Source: Rhynchobatus australiae (taxonomy: Eukaryota). Taken from it: a DNA stretch of 64,000 nucleotides. The notes under the pieces were generated by a model, which searched no databases, was not told the DNA's origin, and was given only the letters and a program-made list of their open reading frames with translations. A program made the translations under genes and the position numbers. Below, in pieces: positions 1 to 13,246 of the stretch (its first letter is position 1; each line of letters begins with the position of its first letter). The DNA lies in contig JAUZTB010000033.1 in NCBI GenBank assembly GCA_034780895.1, forward strand, positions 49,669,173 to 49,733,172. The letters run 5' to 3'.

Positions 1-8
1 CCAAATGA

Positions 9-420
9 GTGGAGTACAAAAGGGAGGCGGTGTCCTTGTGCCTGAAACCACGGAAGGTCAGCAGGCAGCTGCACCAAGAATTTAGGATGGCAAACGGCAG
101 ATATTTTTCTTTATTTATTGCAAGGGTTTTGAGGTTAGAAATAGAGATACTGTATATTTTTGAATTTTTGGTTTTTTTAAGGACTCCCCTGCATTGGAGT
201 TTACCGTTATGTTCCACTGATTCAATGAAGGATATTGTAGTTCTGGAGACAGTCCAGCAGGCAACGACTAAGCTAATCCCAAGGATAAGCGCGTTGTACT
301 ATCGTGAACAGCTGATGATGTTAAAACCGCAGTCTTCAGAATTTAGAAGAATTAGGAGTGATCGTTTTGAAACATGTCCGGTTCTAAGTGGCTGGCAGGA
401 GGGTCGGAGAGGAATGGTCG
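9..420 (+). mobile_element. CR1-type LINE, degraded RT C-terminal fragment
   Basis: The ORF 9..467 segment KDIVVLETVQQATTKLIPRISALYYREQL...EFRRIRSDRFET matches the CR1 ORF2 tail (KDI.ALE.VQRR.T.LIPG...YEERL...RRLRGDLIE). Boundaries approximate. Confidence 0.7.
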
Positions 421-1926
421 ATGGAAAATCGACTGGATTGTCGACTCGTGTGAAATCAGCAAAATGATCGGTGCAGCTCCCACAATTAAAAACAATAATC
501 CCACCTCTACTCTGGACATAGGTTCAAATGAAGCGTAAGAACAAACACAAAAGGAGAAAGATCCGGCATTTTAGAACAGAGAGCACTCAAGTCACGCTCA
601 TTAAGACATCGGCTAATCTGCCAACTGAGCAGCACTTTCCTGAGATATTCCCCAAATCGCTGTCCTCACAAAGAAATCTACCAGCCGCTGCTTCATTTTA
701 ACTCAATAGCTGAACACTCAGGACCCCCTGAGGGACAGAACTCCAAAGACTCACCGTCCCCTCGATGAAGAAATGTGCCCTCGCATGATTCCTCGGTGGA
801 CTTTCTCCTATTCTGCAAGCGTGGGCTTGGTTCTCGAGCACTCAGCCAGCGCAGCGCCCTGTCTGCTTCTCGCACAAAGAGCTCTGCAAGAAATTTTTGA
901 CTTTCGCTGATATCTCCATACATTTGCAGAACTAACTGCAGAGTGATACCGATCGGGTACACGCAGATCACTGCAATATGCAACTCAGAATTTCTGGCGT
1001 CAAGTAAAACTTTGGTGCATCTACTTTATTAAGCTCATGTTTTGTTTCACATAGAACGAGAACCAGACGGTGCACATTAATTTTGTATCCATCTAAAATG
1101 AGGCCCTCTGCCGCAGTAACCATCCACACCCAATAATGCCCTGCAACCCTCCGTTAAGTCAGGTCAACGCGCGTTTTGCCTCCCTAACCACATATTGCAA
1201 CTATATGCTGCTTTATTGACTTCTAGAGAAGCGGAGCAACATCGATTTGAATGTCAACCTCACCCATCCACTCACAGTTCAGCACAAAGAGCAAAAGTGT
1301 TCAAATGCAGAGGAGTTAATTTTGAACCTGTGCAATATGCTGGACTGGTTACACGTGGAGAGAATTTTTTTTCTGCGCACATTGGGAAGTCCGACAACGT
1401 TCGAGAGAGGGTGCGGAAACATTCAGTGGAATGGTTCCGTGGATGATGGATTTCAGCTGACAAATTTGATCGAAGAAACGCAGCCGATGTCAAACCTCAT
1501 CCGCACAAAATGTGACGTTGCACCGACCCATATCAAGACAGTGAAATCGCTGTTTCCCATTCAGCGGTTTCAGATCAACCTATTGCACGAGACCCTCAGA
1601 CTTTCACGATAGTTTATCATTGACAGAGAGGGACCGGATCATTTACATGTAGCAGGACCTACAGGAATAGTGGAGATGTGAAGGCTAACGTTTGTGCGCT
1701 CTTTGCAGATTCCTTTAACAAATATTTGAAAATATTTCGTTACCGGGAATCTGTCACAATGTTGAGCAGAGAGCACACTCACAGAGAACCAAAATGCGGC
1801 ACATTGGTACAAGACTGGAGTCAGGATGCTTCCTCAGGACCAAACACGGGCGGTAACTGGAAGCAATCTTGCCTCGGGGATCTGAGGAGGAGTCCCAACA
1901 CGAACTGCATATCCAAAGAGCAACAG

Positions 1927-3807
1927 TGAGAGCAGGACTGATCCAGGGTTGACAACCCAAAGCAGGCAGGAGCCAAGGTAGACCCGAAGGATGACCAATA
2001 CCCGGCCAACTAGTGCTAGAGAACGCCAGGCACTTATGCTAGGCCCCTGATGGGGCTCAGGTGTGTGTCCTTCTGCAATCAGTCAAGCATGGAATGGATG
2101 TGCTATACAACAAGGCATGAAAGAAGCCAAATCGAGGGTCTGTGCTTTGAACGATGACAGAAACATTTTTTTAAATGTAGAACAGTGCAAGTGAAATTCC
2201 ACGAAGTGAGAGACGGAAAGCAAAGGGAAGGGTCAGCGATGGAGAATGTGAACTGGAAACTGGGATTCGAATTGGCAGCAAAGGGAAATAAGTTATGTGT
2301 CAGGAAGCAGCAACGTTACAGCTGCCGATGTGCTGAGAAAAGTGAAGGGTCTCTGAAACATGTTTTCGTTCTTCTACACGGTTACCTAAATTAAAATTGC
2401 AAAACTGTGGAGAAATCGTGGTGACTGGAAAAACACCTTGGTCTGGCAAAGATCCATCAGGGACATGATGGGCCGAATGTTCCCATCTGTTCTGTGACCT
2501 TTCCACTATTACGTTACGGATCAGGCAACACGCATGGATTTTGAAACTGATTCAAATATTCTTGTCAATGACCATCCATTGTGGAAGGAAATGTTTGTTG
2601 ACAATGCAACGGGACCAGAATCACCTCCCGCCCTTCATCAACATTCTCGGGTTCAGGTTGACCCAAAACATTCTGCACTTTAGTTGTGAGTTCGGAAGCG
2701 GACGCAAAAAAATATACAAAGTTGGACAACTTGCATGACGCATTAATGCACGGCAGCTGCAATACCTGGTGGATAAATGTGAAGGTCTCCATTTCAGAGA
2801 AGGATATGAAAGATCCGATCTAACGAAAATACGGCCAGGTTTGGAAGCACTGGTGTGCAAATGGCTCCTGGTATGCTCGTACTCCCGTCAGTGAAGGCCG
2901 TTGATAAGACAATGGGTATGTGGACATTCACTGAAAGAGGTTTTGTATACAGGCGCACGAATATCCGATCACAATCACAGAGCACCAGGGAAACACCGAA
3001 CTTGCTGCCATCGAGCGAATGCAACGACTGATTGAAGGGATGCTGAACCAGCACTGTGAAGAGATATCTGGTCTCCAATGAATTTATTCACGACGTTTAG
3101 AGCAACGAGAGGAGACATGGAAAGGTATAAAATTCTGGAATCTCTCGACAGACTTTCTGCAGGGAGGAGGTGTCCCGTGGCTGAGGAATCTGGAACCATG
3201 GAATGCAGATTGAGAATCAGCGGCGCTCCGCCTGCGATGGCGATGAGGAGAAATTCCTTCTCTCAAAGGGTGGTGGATATGCAGGAATCTTCACGACAGG
3301 AGGCTGTGGAAACCAAGTGGCCGAACATATTTACGTGGGAATCAGATAGATTACTGGACACAAATGTCTGAATGGTTTGGGAACAGAGCCGGAATATGCA
3401 CTGAGATCAAGTCCCCAATTACCGGTACCTGCACTGATGCTCTCGATATTGCCATCTTTCTCACTGTCTGTTCAATAAGGGGCTGCGATCACTCAGCATG
3501 GATTTCAGCTTTTTAACTCATCTCCCCTGCCCAGTGTCTGCTTCAAACCGCATATTTGCCTCATCCAGTTAATCCCTGAGTAGTGGTTTTATGTCAATCG
3601 CTCTCTCACCATCGAGTGAGAGCAAGTACAACACAAGTGTGGAGAAGCTATTATTTTTTTAAACATGATATAATCATATGGAATATTGAACTCGCAGTAT
3701 TCAGCGTGTCTTAGTTTAAGATCATGAATGATTCATAAATTGCTGAACAAATTACAAGCCTAATTTCCTGGATTTTATTGCTTCTGTTTGCAGAACAATG
3801 AACTCAG
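1927..3807 (+). repeat. Segmental duplication copy A (inverted paralog of 62065-64000)
   Basis: Colinear similarity to the reverse complement of 62065-64000. Examples: 1927 tgagagcaggactg, 2521 tcaggcaacacgcatggattttgaaactga, and 3790-3807 gcagaacaatgaactcag up to the gap. Includes a CR1 3' fragment at about 3110-3390. Confidence 0.9.
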
Positions 3808-3908
3808 NNNNNNNNNNNNNNNNNNNNNNNNNNNNNNNNNNNNNNNNNNNNNNNNNNNNNNNNNNNNNNNNNNNNNNNNNNNNNNNNNNNNNNNNNNNNN
3901 NNNNNNNA

Positions 3909-4860
3909 CCAGTCACTGCCCCGTGGAACTGAACTTTTGGGCGAGATAGAGAAGGGTGTAAGAGCAGGTGATGTTTTCGGATCAGTCAAGGCCTGCATGA
4001 CGTCGGTGTTGAAGGGTTATATCCCAGAAGGCTCCTCAAAGCCGGTTTGTCTGGGGTTGAGGAACAAAAAGAGTGACGTCACGTTTCTTAAATTGCGCTA
4101 TAGATACCGTAACGATGAAAGGAGACAGAGGAACACCTGTGTGAGGGTTTTTTAATTTCTTCAAACCGAACTTGGACCGCCTGAGTGTCGAAGGTTCGGG
4201 GGAGAAGACTGACTGAGACGTGTCCACGAGAGCTTTTTGTTGCAGTATTTTGGTGAGACCGAGGGACGGAGCACCACTGGGTCTTATCTTGGGAAATTAA
4301 GCAAGTCAGGTGGAGGTAGGATCAGCGGAAGAACATTCTGCATGCAGCAACCACGTCTCCCTAAATTTCAAAATGGTGATATCAACATAATGATGGGCCA
4401 AGAACACTGACCTTAAACTGGGGGAAGGCACAATTCATTAAAATAAGACAACAGCAGGCAAACCGAGACTGGATGGATCTATGTGTCATCAGTACAAGTA
4501 GCTGCAGCCAGCAAGGCATTAGTACTGTCGGAAGAACCCACAGGAGAAATTGCAAGAGTTCAGAGCCAACATGTTCATACAAGAGTGAAAGGGAAAGAAA
4601 CAAGTGCAGGTTGGCCTGCGGGTCTCCAGATATCCGGAGATGGTTAAAGAGTTAAAAAAAGAGAAATATCGCAGGTGTAGAGAACAAAAGACGGAGATCA
4701 CGGTCAAGAGTATAAAAAGCGCACAGAGACTTGGAAAGAGAATCATGAAGAAAAAAATGGGCGAAAGTCGTTTTCCAAATGTATCAAGGACAAAAGGATA
4801 ATTATGGAGAAAGAGGGGGGCACATTGCAGACAATGGGGCAACCTGAACGTGTAAGTCTC
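3909..4860 (+). mobile_element. CR1-type LINE, degraded endonuclease-region fragment
   Basis: Decayed CR1 ORF2 N-terminal-like phrases (LGLRNKK..VT, GKAQFI, KEKY, KRIMKKK...F..Y) with many stops. Confidence 0.5.
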
Positions 4861-5059
4861 CATATGTAAAGCGGATTTGCTTGATAATTCTGCGGACTCA
4901 AAAGTGGCGCTAACTCCTCAAGTGTAGGGTGAGATTTATACCAGGGTGCATTGATTGTCAAGGAAATAAGTTTTTTCCGGGCTTCAGCTGATNNNNNNNN
5001 NNTGATTTGTAACTCACCACTGGCCACATGTGTGAGACCAGACGGCAGATGAGCTTCCT

Positions 5060-5370
5060 CTTTGTCAACAAGGCAGCATGGAAATGGGAAGAGATGGGAA
5101 ATCCACCCAACACTTCAGCCCTTCTCAGGTACAGTCCGCATTGTGATTCCCTGGTCCACTTCCCGTTCCCAGCGGCCACCCCACTCTATCCGGCACCTCT
5201 CCTTTCAGCTACTGGTCGTGCAACACTTGGTCTTTCATCCGCTCCCTTCCGACCATCCACGTCCTGGTGTATTTTTCGGTGAATCACCGATTCCCTTTCA
5301 CTTCTTCCAGCCCAGTGTATTGCCATCGCTAATCACAATGTGGTCTGCTTTGTATCAGAATATAAACCAG
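5060..5370 (+). mobile_element. Penelope-like element fragment (GIY-YIG region)
   Basis: Translates GTSPFSYWSCNTWSFIRSLPTIH...NHRFPFTSSSPVYCHR*SQCGLLCI, matching the Penelope GTFPC...CNTC...FTCTS.N.VYCIRCS.CGLLYIGET pattern. Confidence 0.65.
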
Positions 5371-6805
5371 AACGTTATTTCTGCAGAAAATGTTGTTTTC
5401 TCCTGTAATGTCTTTCAGATCCTGAGCATTGTTCTTTTGAGTCACAGAGCTGTAAAGAACAGAAGCAGACCCTTCGGCCTACCCTGTCCGAGCCGAGAGT
5501 CAAGTAACTACTGATACTATTCTGATTTGCCAACGCAAGATCCCGAGCTTTCAACAACAAACAGCTTCATTACAAATGTGGATTTCCACTCCATGCTCAA
5601 ATCGCCATAGTTGGAGAAACGATGCAGTGAGCTTCACTGGGATTAGTTACTAAGAAGTACACTTACGTAGGAAACAGAAGAGTACAGCACTTGAATTAGC
5701 CATGCAGCCCACGATGGCTGTGCCGAGCGCGATGCAAATTTAAACTAAATCACTTTTGTCAGAAGCTGATCCATAAATCTCCATTCCCAGCTTGTACAGG
5801 TCAATCAAAAAGCCTAATGAAAGCCAATACTGTAGCTGCTTCCACCATCAATCAGGCAGTTCGTCTCAGGCACTCCCCAAGGTTCAAAACCGGTGTTCTT
5901 ATACTCAATGACCCTTATACTCAATACACCGATTTCTGAATACAAACATGCTCTACACCTTCTTTCCTGGCCTATCTCCTTGCATGGCCATGACCAGGGT
6001 CTATGGACTTTGAGCCCAAGATCCGTCTGCACATCAATGCTGTTCAGGGTCCTGAATTATTTGTAAATTTCCTCATTTTATATGCCAAAAGTACTCCTCA
6101 CTCTTACTGTGATTCAACTCTATCTGCCATTTCTCCACCGATGTCTGTAACTAATGAATTGTATATCCTTCTGTCTCACCTTCGTCACTGTCCACAACTC
6201 GACCAATCTTTGTGCCGTCTGTCAACATATTAATGCACCCATTATCATTTTCGTCGAAGACATTTATTTACACCACATACTGGGGCGTCATTCGCTGCCG
6301 TCGACTGAGCGGTGACTGACCACGATTGTGCGCTCACATCAATTTACCATTTCAGTCGCAAGAAGTTTTGTAAATGCAAGGAAACATGTGTTGAACTCTT
6401 TTATTTTTGTAAAGTTCGCTCATATACTCCAGTCCCTCGGCAACTCAATAAAGAAGAAATATAAAGAACCTATTGTACTTCAGATACTGGTCACCGGCGG
6501 CTCAATACTGCACTCATGAAAGGGAAACACCGGGATATATCTCCGACCCGAGGTTAGATATTTCTTTATAATTAATTTTATAATTGATATCACTGGGTAT
6601 TTCAGCGAGCATTTGAACTGTACTCGGAATTTGGATTGTGTCACCACAAAAATAAATGTTTTTTTTCAGGAATTTAAACTTGATAGCAAATATCCCACAT
6701 TTTGAAATATAAGTAAAGAAACATTGTCGTATTATAGCACATGAAGTCCATATGTTACGAACTAGGTTACTACTGGTGAATGTCCTTTTAAGACCTAGCA
6801 CAGTA

Positions 6806-6819
6806 GCGCGCGCGCGCGC

Positions 6820-6870
<51 letters not shown>
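6806..6870. repeat. (GC)n(GT)n compound microsatellite
   Basis: gcgcgcgcgcgcgcg followed by about 25 GT units. Confidence 0.95.
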
Positions 6871-6871
<1 letters not shown>

Positions 6872-7610
6872 TTACCATAACAGGACGTAACGAAGTTTTG
6901 GAAGCAGTCAGACGGAATCTGTCAGAGGATAGGAGAGAGAAGAGAGAGAGAGCGAGAGAGAGACCAACCTACTAGTCTCCATCGCTGGATGAAAAACAGT
7001 AACTGTGTCTCTCAATACAATCCACGTATCGATTGTTGGACTAATCCGCTGAAGTCTACTTTATCGTTAACCTGTGGAGGGAAACTGGTATTTGTGTGGA
7101 CGGCCACGTCTCGGATGCTTTTAGGGGTGGCAGATACTTCGGAACAAAGCAGGGAAGTTCACTTTGTTGTTGACCTGTGGAAGGAAACGGGTATTTGTGC
7201 GGAAGGCCACGATTCGGGTGTTTTTCGGGGTGAGGCAGATGCGGGGGAGTAGTAACTGCTGAGTAGACACCGAAGTGTCGTTTGGGTTCCAAAGTGGAGC
7301 ATTTGGATTTCGTAAATACACTGTATTTTCTCTCTGTCTTTTGTCTTCAGTTAACGGTGGTTGTTGAAGTAGCCTTTGCTCCGGTTTCACCTTATGGCTG
7401 CTAATTGAACTTTAGGAAACATTCCTGGAATTGGAATTTGGGAGTTTTCCACACACACACTTCGAGTTTAGTTTTTGGGGTTAATGTTTAAGATTCAACG
7501 TTTTTACTTCCAACAATCTAACATTTTTACTTTTATTTTTCTTATTGGCAAAAGTAGTTTTTAATAAAGTAGTTTTTCACACTTATACGTGACTCAGTGT
7601 GGTTCTTTTA
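6871..7610 (+). mobile_element. LTR-like interspersed repeat abutting the GPCR pseudogene
   Basis: Non-coding, AG-rich start, T-rich end and AATAAA at about 7563. The GPCR pseudogene homology stops abruptly at its right edge. The family is not established. Confidence 0.3.
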
Positions 7611-8258
7611 GTTTCTGGAAATGGTGCAGAGTGATATCGCAGATTTTCTTCTGGTCTCCATCCCTGGCTCACTTGTTCTGTCCCCTCATCCCCTTATGGC
7701 CCTGACTCGTCACCAAGCCGTATTTTACTGTCTGAGCATCGAGGGGTAAAAGGAAAGCGAACGTTACCAATGAAGTAAGGAATGGATCGAAACAGTCAAA
7801 TCCCACCTATCCCAGCTCAGTATGGTAGCTTGGTTTTGTTTTACATCCCACGGCAGGTTGTCGATTATCGCCGCTGGTTCATAGGCAAAGAAGACAAGGA
7901 CGTTATTTTTCACGGAAAAGAATGCCGGTGCTTCTCACAACCATAGTCGTAGTTTTAGCCGTGCAATACCTTGTTTTCAGTTTCTAACAACAGATGGCTA
8001 TAAATTGATCAAATGTGTAGGTTATGGTGTACTGGGCGTAACAGTCGGATGCAGCAAAGAGCGACACCGCGATGATATTTCAGATATGGGGAACTTCCAG
8101 GTTAGATCCCATAAAATGCAAATAACTAATACGACATAATGTGGTCTCTGTGATTACAGATAGTAGATGCGCGACCGCCATGCCAACAAGATACCGACTG
8201 GTGCAGGACGAGAGTCCTCACTTTCCCCGAGACAGAATCACAACTGATAATTAGTTAA
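7611..8258 (-). pseudogene. GPR139-like GPCR exon 2 pseudogene (TM1 to start of TM6)
   Basis: Manual translation: VN*LSVVILSRGK*GLSSCTSRYLVGMAVAHLL...YTFDQFIAICC*KLKTRYCTAKT...GCKTKPSYHTELG*VGFD...METRRKSAISLCTIS. It has several stops and frameshifts, and the acceptor is mutated AG->GG (8260-8259). Absent from the ORF track. Confidence 0.9.
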
Positions 8259-8624
8259 CCGTGAAAACAAAACTGAACGGGAACTGGTTAGAGACTAGAA
8301 ACGTCAGAAGACGAAAATGCAAAGGCTGAAGAAAATTACAAAGGGATGAAGGGGATAATATGTGAATTACTAGAAAACGGCATTGAAGCTAAGGGTGGAC
8401 AGCCAATGATAAACATTGAAGCAAACGGGACACTATTGTAAAGACAAATTGCTTTTGAAACACCGACATTAAGACGGCATTAAATGCAAGGAACAGTGTT
8501 AAATGTTTTCCTTGTTCGGTCTCCGTAATACGGAGCTTCCGTATCTGCGACCAGAAGATCTGGTGGACCTCAGACCATCAGTGAAAAGAAACAAACACGT
8601 GGCGGGAGAGGTATATTGGCGGCT

Positions 8625-8800
8625 GGGCTGATATCTCGCAGCTCAGTGACTTGCGTTCAAACCTGACCCCCGGTGCTGTCGGTGTGGAATTTGACAGTTT
8701 CCCCTGAACAACTTGGGTTCCCTCCAGGTGTCGCGCTTAACTCCCACATCCAAAGACACGAAATTGACCACAGTAATGTTACGACCCAGCAACAAAAGAA
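8625..8800 (+). mobile_element. V-SINE (HE1-like), degraded
   Basis: B-box-like gttcaaacc followed by V-domain-like gtgtggaatttg...gggttccctccaggtg...ctcccacatccaaagac. Confidence 0.6.
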
Positions 8801-8932
8801 ACACACCGACATGTATAAGTGGTAAAAACTACNNNNNNNNNNNNNNNNNNNNNNNNNNNNNNNNNNNNNNNNNNNNNNNNNNNNNNNNNNNNNNNNNNNN
8901 NNNNNNNNNNNNNNNNNNNNNNNNNNNNNNNN

Positions 8933-10480
8933 CTGTCTAATCGCGCAGATCTTTCAGCGAACTGTGCACAAGTGTTCCCACTTCCCTCTGTTTCACAACA
9001 TCCGTCTGGGCTCTGCAATTCACTGTTTAAGTCATGCCCTGGTTTGACTGTCCAAAATAATCACCTTACACTTATATACATTGAAATCCATTTGGCACTC
9101 CTCAGCTCATCTTCCGAACGGATCAAGATCCCTTTGCAAATCATTACAACCTTCCGCACTCTCAACATGACGTCCGAATTAAGTATGATCAGTAAATTTG
9201 CTAATCGTGCCATGTACGTTCACGTCCAAATCAGTTACATAGATAGTGACTGAGAGAGCTCCCAACACACACCGCTGGGGCACCCCACTGGCCACAGGCC
9301 TCCATTGGGAGAATCGAACTTCAATAATCACTCTCTGCTTTTTATCATCGAGCTTATTATGAATGCACCTCGGTAGCTGCCCCTGAATCCCATGTGACCT
9401 AACATTCCAGATCAGCCTGCTATGCGGAACCTTGTCAATGGTCTGACTAAAGTCCAGATCGATATCTTCCACTGCTCTACTTTCCTCTATCCCCTCGTTA
9501 CCTCTTCGAAAAAGTCCAAAACATTTGTCAGACGTGACCTTCCACGAAAAGTCCGTGCTGACTGTTCCTCATCGACCCTTGACTCTCCAATTGATGGAAG
9601 ACCTTGTCCCTCAGAATTCCCTCCTGTAACTTCCCTACAACAGAAGTCAAGCTCACTGGTCTGTGGTCCTCTGGCCTGACCTTGCTTCCTTTCTTAAACA
9701 ATGGAATAACTTTGGCCACCCTCCAATCTTTCGGAACTTTACCAGTGGCTAACGACGAAGTAAATATCTTCGCAAGGGCGTCTGCGATTTCCTTCCTGGC
9801 TTCCCAAACGGTCCGTCTGTGCACCTGGTCAGGCCCTGATGATCTGCCCACCCTAATGTGCTTGAAGGCTGCAAAGACCTCCTTCCTTGCAATGGGGATA
9901 TGATCCAAGAACTCACTACTAATTCCACTTATTTCTGTGGCATCCATGATATTCTCCTCTGGAAACACCGAGAAGAAACAGATATTAAAAAAATCTCAGA
10001 CACTCCCCGTGTCCCCATAATTAGGTGGCGCTGGTGTTCTTTCAGAGGACCTGTTATCTCCCTCGTCACCCTTGAACTGTTAATGTAACTGAAGATCCTC
10101 TTCGGATTATCTTTCTCCCTGCCTGCCAAATACATCTGATACCGTCTTTTTGATTTTCTTATTTCCCTCTTAAGCCCGGACATTAAATTCTTTTTTATCG
10201 GCGAAGGTTTCATTTGTACCCAGCTGCCGAAACGCGACGGCCGCTTCCGTCTCTTTTTCCTCAGCAGACCTTCCATATCCATCGTCAGCCAGGGTCCTTG
10301 AACTTGGTACACCTCCCCTTCATCCTGTCAGGAACATGCCGCCCTGGACCCTTGATACCCTTCAGAAAGCACCCTCCCCCCACTTGCCAACTGTTCCTTT
10401 TCTTTCAACTGGCGTCGCAAAGTCGATCCCAGCGAGGTCCCGCCTCATCTCCTCAAAGTTTGCCATTAGGAAGCGCTTAC
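8933..10480 (-). mobile_element. CR1-type LINE ORF2 (RT) remnant
   Basis: Frameshifted ORFs 9929..10312, 9528..9968 and 9179..9472 carry GPDQVH, VPKDWRVAKVIPLFKKG, YRPVSLTSVVGK-like, DFSQTIDKVPH, SGVPQ and ISKFTDHT motifs. Confidence 0.9.
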
Positions 10481-10499
10481 GATGCGCCTGACATCTCAA

Positions 10500-10965
10500 G
10501 AACCTAATGGTTGAAAGGAACTAACTGTTCCTGAACTTGGCGATGTGGGACTTCAGGTTTCTGTACCTCCTCCCGAGTGGAGCTGCGATAATCTGGCATG
10601 GCATGGAAGGTGGGGGATCTTTAATGACAGACTTTGCTTTATTAAGGCAGCGCCTCATGTAGATACTACTGGTAGTAGGGAGGAATGTACCCGTGATGTA
10701 TTGTGCAGAGTCCACCAGTCTCTGCAGCTTGTTACGTTCCTGCACATTCGAAATGCCGTCCCGGTCCGCGATGCAACCGGTCAGGACACGTCCAACGGGA
10801 TATTCACGGACGTGTTTGAGAGTGTTCGTTGTCAGGCCGAACCTGCTTAACCTCCTAAGAAAGTAAAGACGCTGGCGCGCCTTCCGTGTGATTCCATTGG
10901 TGCGATAGGCCCAAAACAGGTCGTCCGAGATTTTAACGCCCTGAACCTTAAAGCTACATATCCTC
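10500..10965 (-). mobile_element. Rex1/Babar-type LINE RT C-terminal fragment
   Basis: RKARQRLYFLRRLSRFG...VLTGCI...ERNKLQRLVDSAQYITG...IKDP...GRRYR in ORF 10521..11180. Confidence 0.8.
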
Positions 10966-11159
10966 TCCACCGTGGAAGATAAGACATATTGGTTCCAGAT
11001 CTGAGCTTTTGACACTGTATCTCTCCCCACAGACGCCCCACGACTGCGTCGTCTGCAACACAGTGGTGCGTTCATCGAGTTTACCAGTTTTATGTTACCC
11101 TCCCCTCCGGTGGGGTTTTGTACCCTTTTTCCCTCAGTTTCCCCGCCTCCCTCTCCGAG

Positions 11160-11650
11160 TCTGCAGGATAACTGTAACACAACTCAGCACGTTACGGAAA
11201 CAAACCCTCCCTCCACGGCATCTGCCAACACTTCCCGCTGCCTAGATAAAGCAGGCAACATAATCAAAGACCCCGCCCACCCCGGACATTATCTCTTCTC
11301 CCCCTGCCTCCGGGCAGGAGATACAAAAGCCCGAGAACGCTCATCACCACGTACAAGGACAACTTCTATCCCGCTGGGATTGGACCTCTGAACGAACATC
11401 TGATATGTTAAAGATGAACACGCGATCTCACAATCGACCTCGCCCTGCCCCTTGCACATTATTGTCTAGCAGCACTGCACCTTGCTTGGAACAGTAACAG
11501 TTTATTCTGCATTCTCTTATTGTTTTGTTACCTTTGTGCATTCTCTCAATGGGATTATGTGTGGAATGATCGGTCTGTATGGCATGCAAACCAAAAGCTT
11601 TGTACTCTATCCCGTAACATGTGACAATAAAAAAACATAATAAACCAATT
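11160..11650 (+). mobile_element. Rex1/Babar-type LINE 3' end
   Basis: SRCLDKAGNIIKDPAHPGHYLFSP followed by a 3' UTR ending in acaataaa. Confidence 0.7.
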
Positions 11651-12469
11651 ACAAATTAGGAAAAAGGCTAAAAAGCAGGAACACACGCAGGTGGTGCCTG
11701 GGTCACTTCCAGAGCCACGTGCCAGTGAGGGCAGAAACAGGAAGATGGGCCAGATCACTGTGTGGCTGAGGAGCTGGTGCAGGGGGTTCCTGAATCATTG
11801 GGATTTGTTCTGGAGCAGAAGTAACCTCTTGAAATGTCAAGGTCGAGTTTATTGTCTTATGCACAAGTAGATGAACGCAGAGCTGCCATAAAGAACTTGC
11901 TTGCAGCAGCATCACAGGAAGATAGAGCCACAGAGGCACGGTACTGCATGGTACAGGCCATCCGGCCCAACGAGTCAATACCGAACACGTTCCCAACTAA
12001 GCTGTTCCCGATATCTTGCATCATGTGAGCAGCATTCACAAGAAAAAACATAAATTCTACAAAACAGTGCACAGGAGGGACAGGTTGCACCTGAACTGGA
12101 GGGGGATCAATATCATAGGCGGGACATTTTCTGGTGCTGCTTGGGTGTGTTTACACTCTTTCGGCAAAGGCGTAGGACCCTGAGCAGGAGACAGGCCGAA
12201 GAGTGGTTGCCGGCAAATCCTGCAGTCAGGGAGAGCAATTTTTTGGATCCAGGACAGGGACATGGCAGAGGGAGAGGTGAGGCCGCTGTATTAAAACGAC
12301 TTAGTTCAATGCTAGATGCTCCACGGACTCAGCCCGTGTGTTGGCTCTGGAGACTAGAATATTATCGCCATAACAGAAACGGCTGAAGAAGAGCCGGCTG
12401 ACAGCTCAGTGTCCAGAATACAGGAGTTACAGGCGGGACAGTGGTACAGGTCGTACAGGACGGGGTGAC

Positions 12470-12900
12470 AGGTGAGTATGCAGATACTGGAAGCTCGGGA
12501 GACACACAAAGAGTGGTCGAGGAGCTCAGCCCGTCGGGCAGCATCTCTGGAGGGAAATAAACAGACGATGTTTCAGGCAGAGGCCTTTTTCAGGACTGGA
12601 GGGGAAGAGGACAGAAGGCAGAATACGAAGGTCGGGGGAGGGGGAGGAGCACAGTCTGGAAGGTGATAGAGGAGTCTACATGAGGGGGAGGTGGGTAGGC
12701 GGGTGTGTGCGAGGGGAGTGAAATGGAGTCATGAAAGCAGCTGATAGGTGATTGGTCGAAGAGGCAACTGGCTGAATATCGTATACAGAATGCGAATGCG
12801 TTTGCAGCTTTGGAAGCCGAGTGAAGGAGGTGGGCAACTCTGTGAACTGAATGGGCACATCGGCAGAAGCGAACTGTTCACGGGACAAGGGAACGGCGGC
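12470..12900 (-). mobile_element. Penelope-like element remnant
   Basis: Purine-rich terminal-repeat-like segment resembling the reverse complement of the Penelope 3' sequences at 33360-34430. Confidence 0.45.
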
Positions 12901-13246
12901 TGCGTCTGTTTAATGTGTTACGGAGATGCAGGCAGGGGAACGAAGACCTGCAGATCCGAATGAACCGGATGGGGATGGGTTCAACATATGTTTTGATTGT
13001 TGAAGTTTGTTTTTTTTTATTTCAAACCGTCATTCACCGTCAGTGGGTGCATATCTTGGACCAAAATCGTAAATGTGAAAGCTGTTGCCGCTCTGCTGAG
13101 ATGAGTGAAATTAATGATGAAGCTTCGGGATTTTTCCGGTCCCACGGGTACAGTCTCTCTGAGAGATATGAAAACTGCGCCTGTAACGCGCTGGCAGTTG
13201 GATTTCAGCACCGAGCACCGAGTTTCTCCATCACACCTCCGCCAGG

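Noticed and set aside
6806-6870. Z-DNA-prone (GC)n(GT)n tract as a regulatory element
   Set aside because: It is a common microsatellite with no linked promoter evidence.
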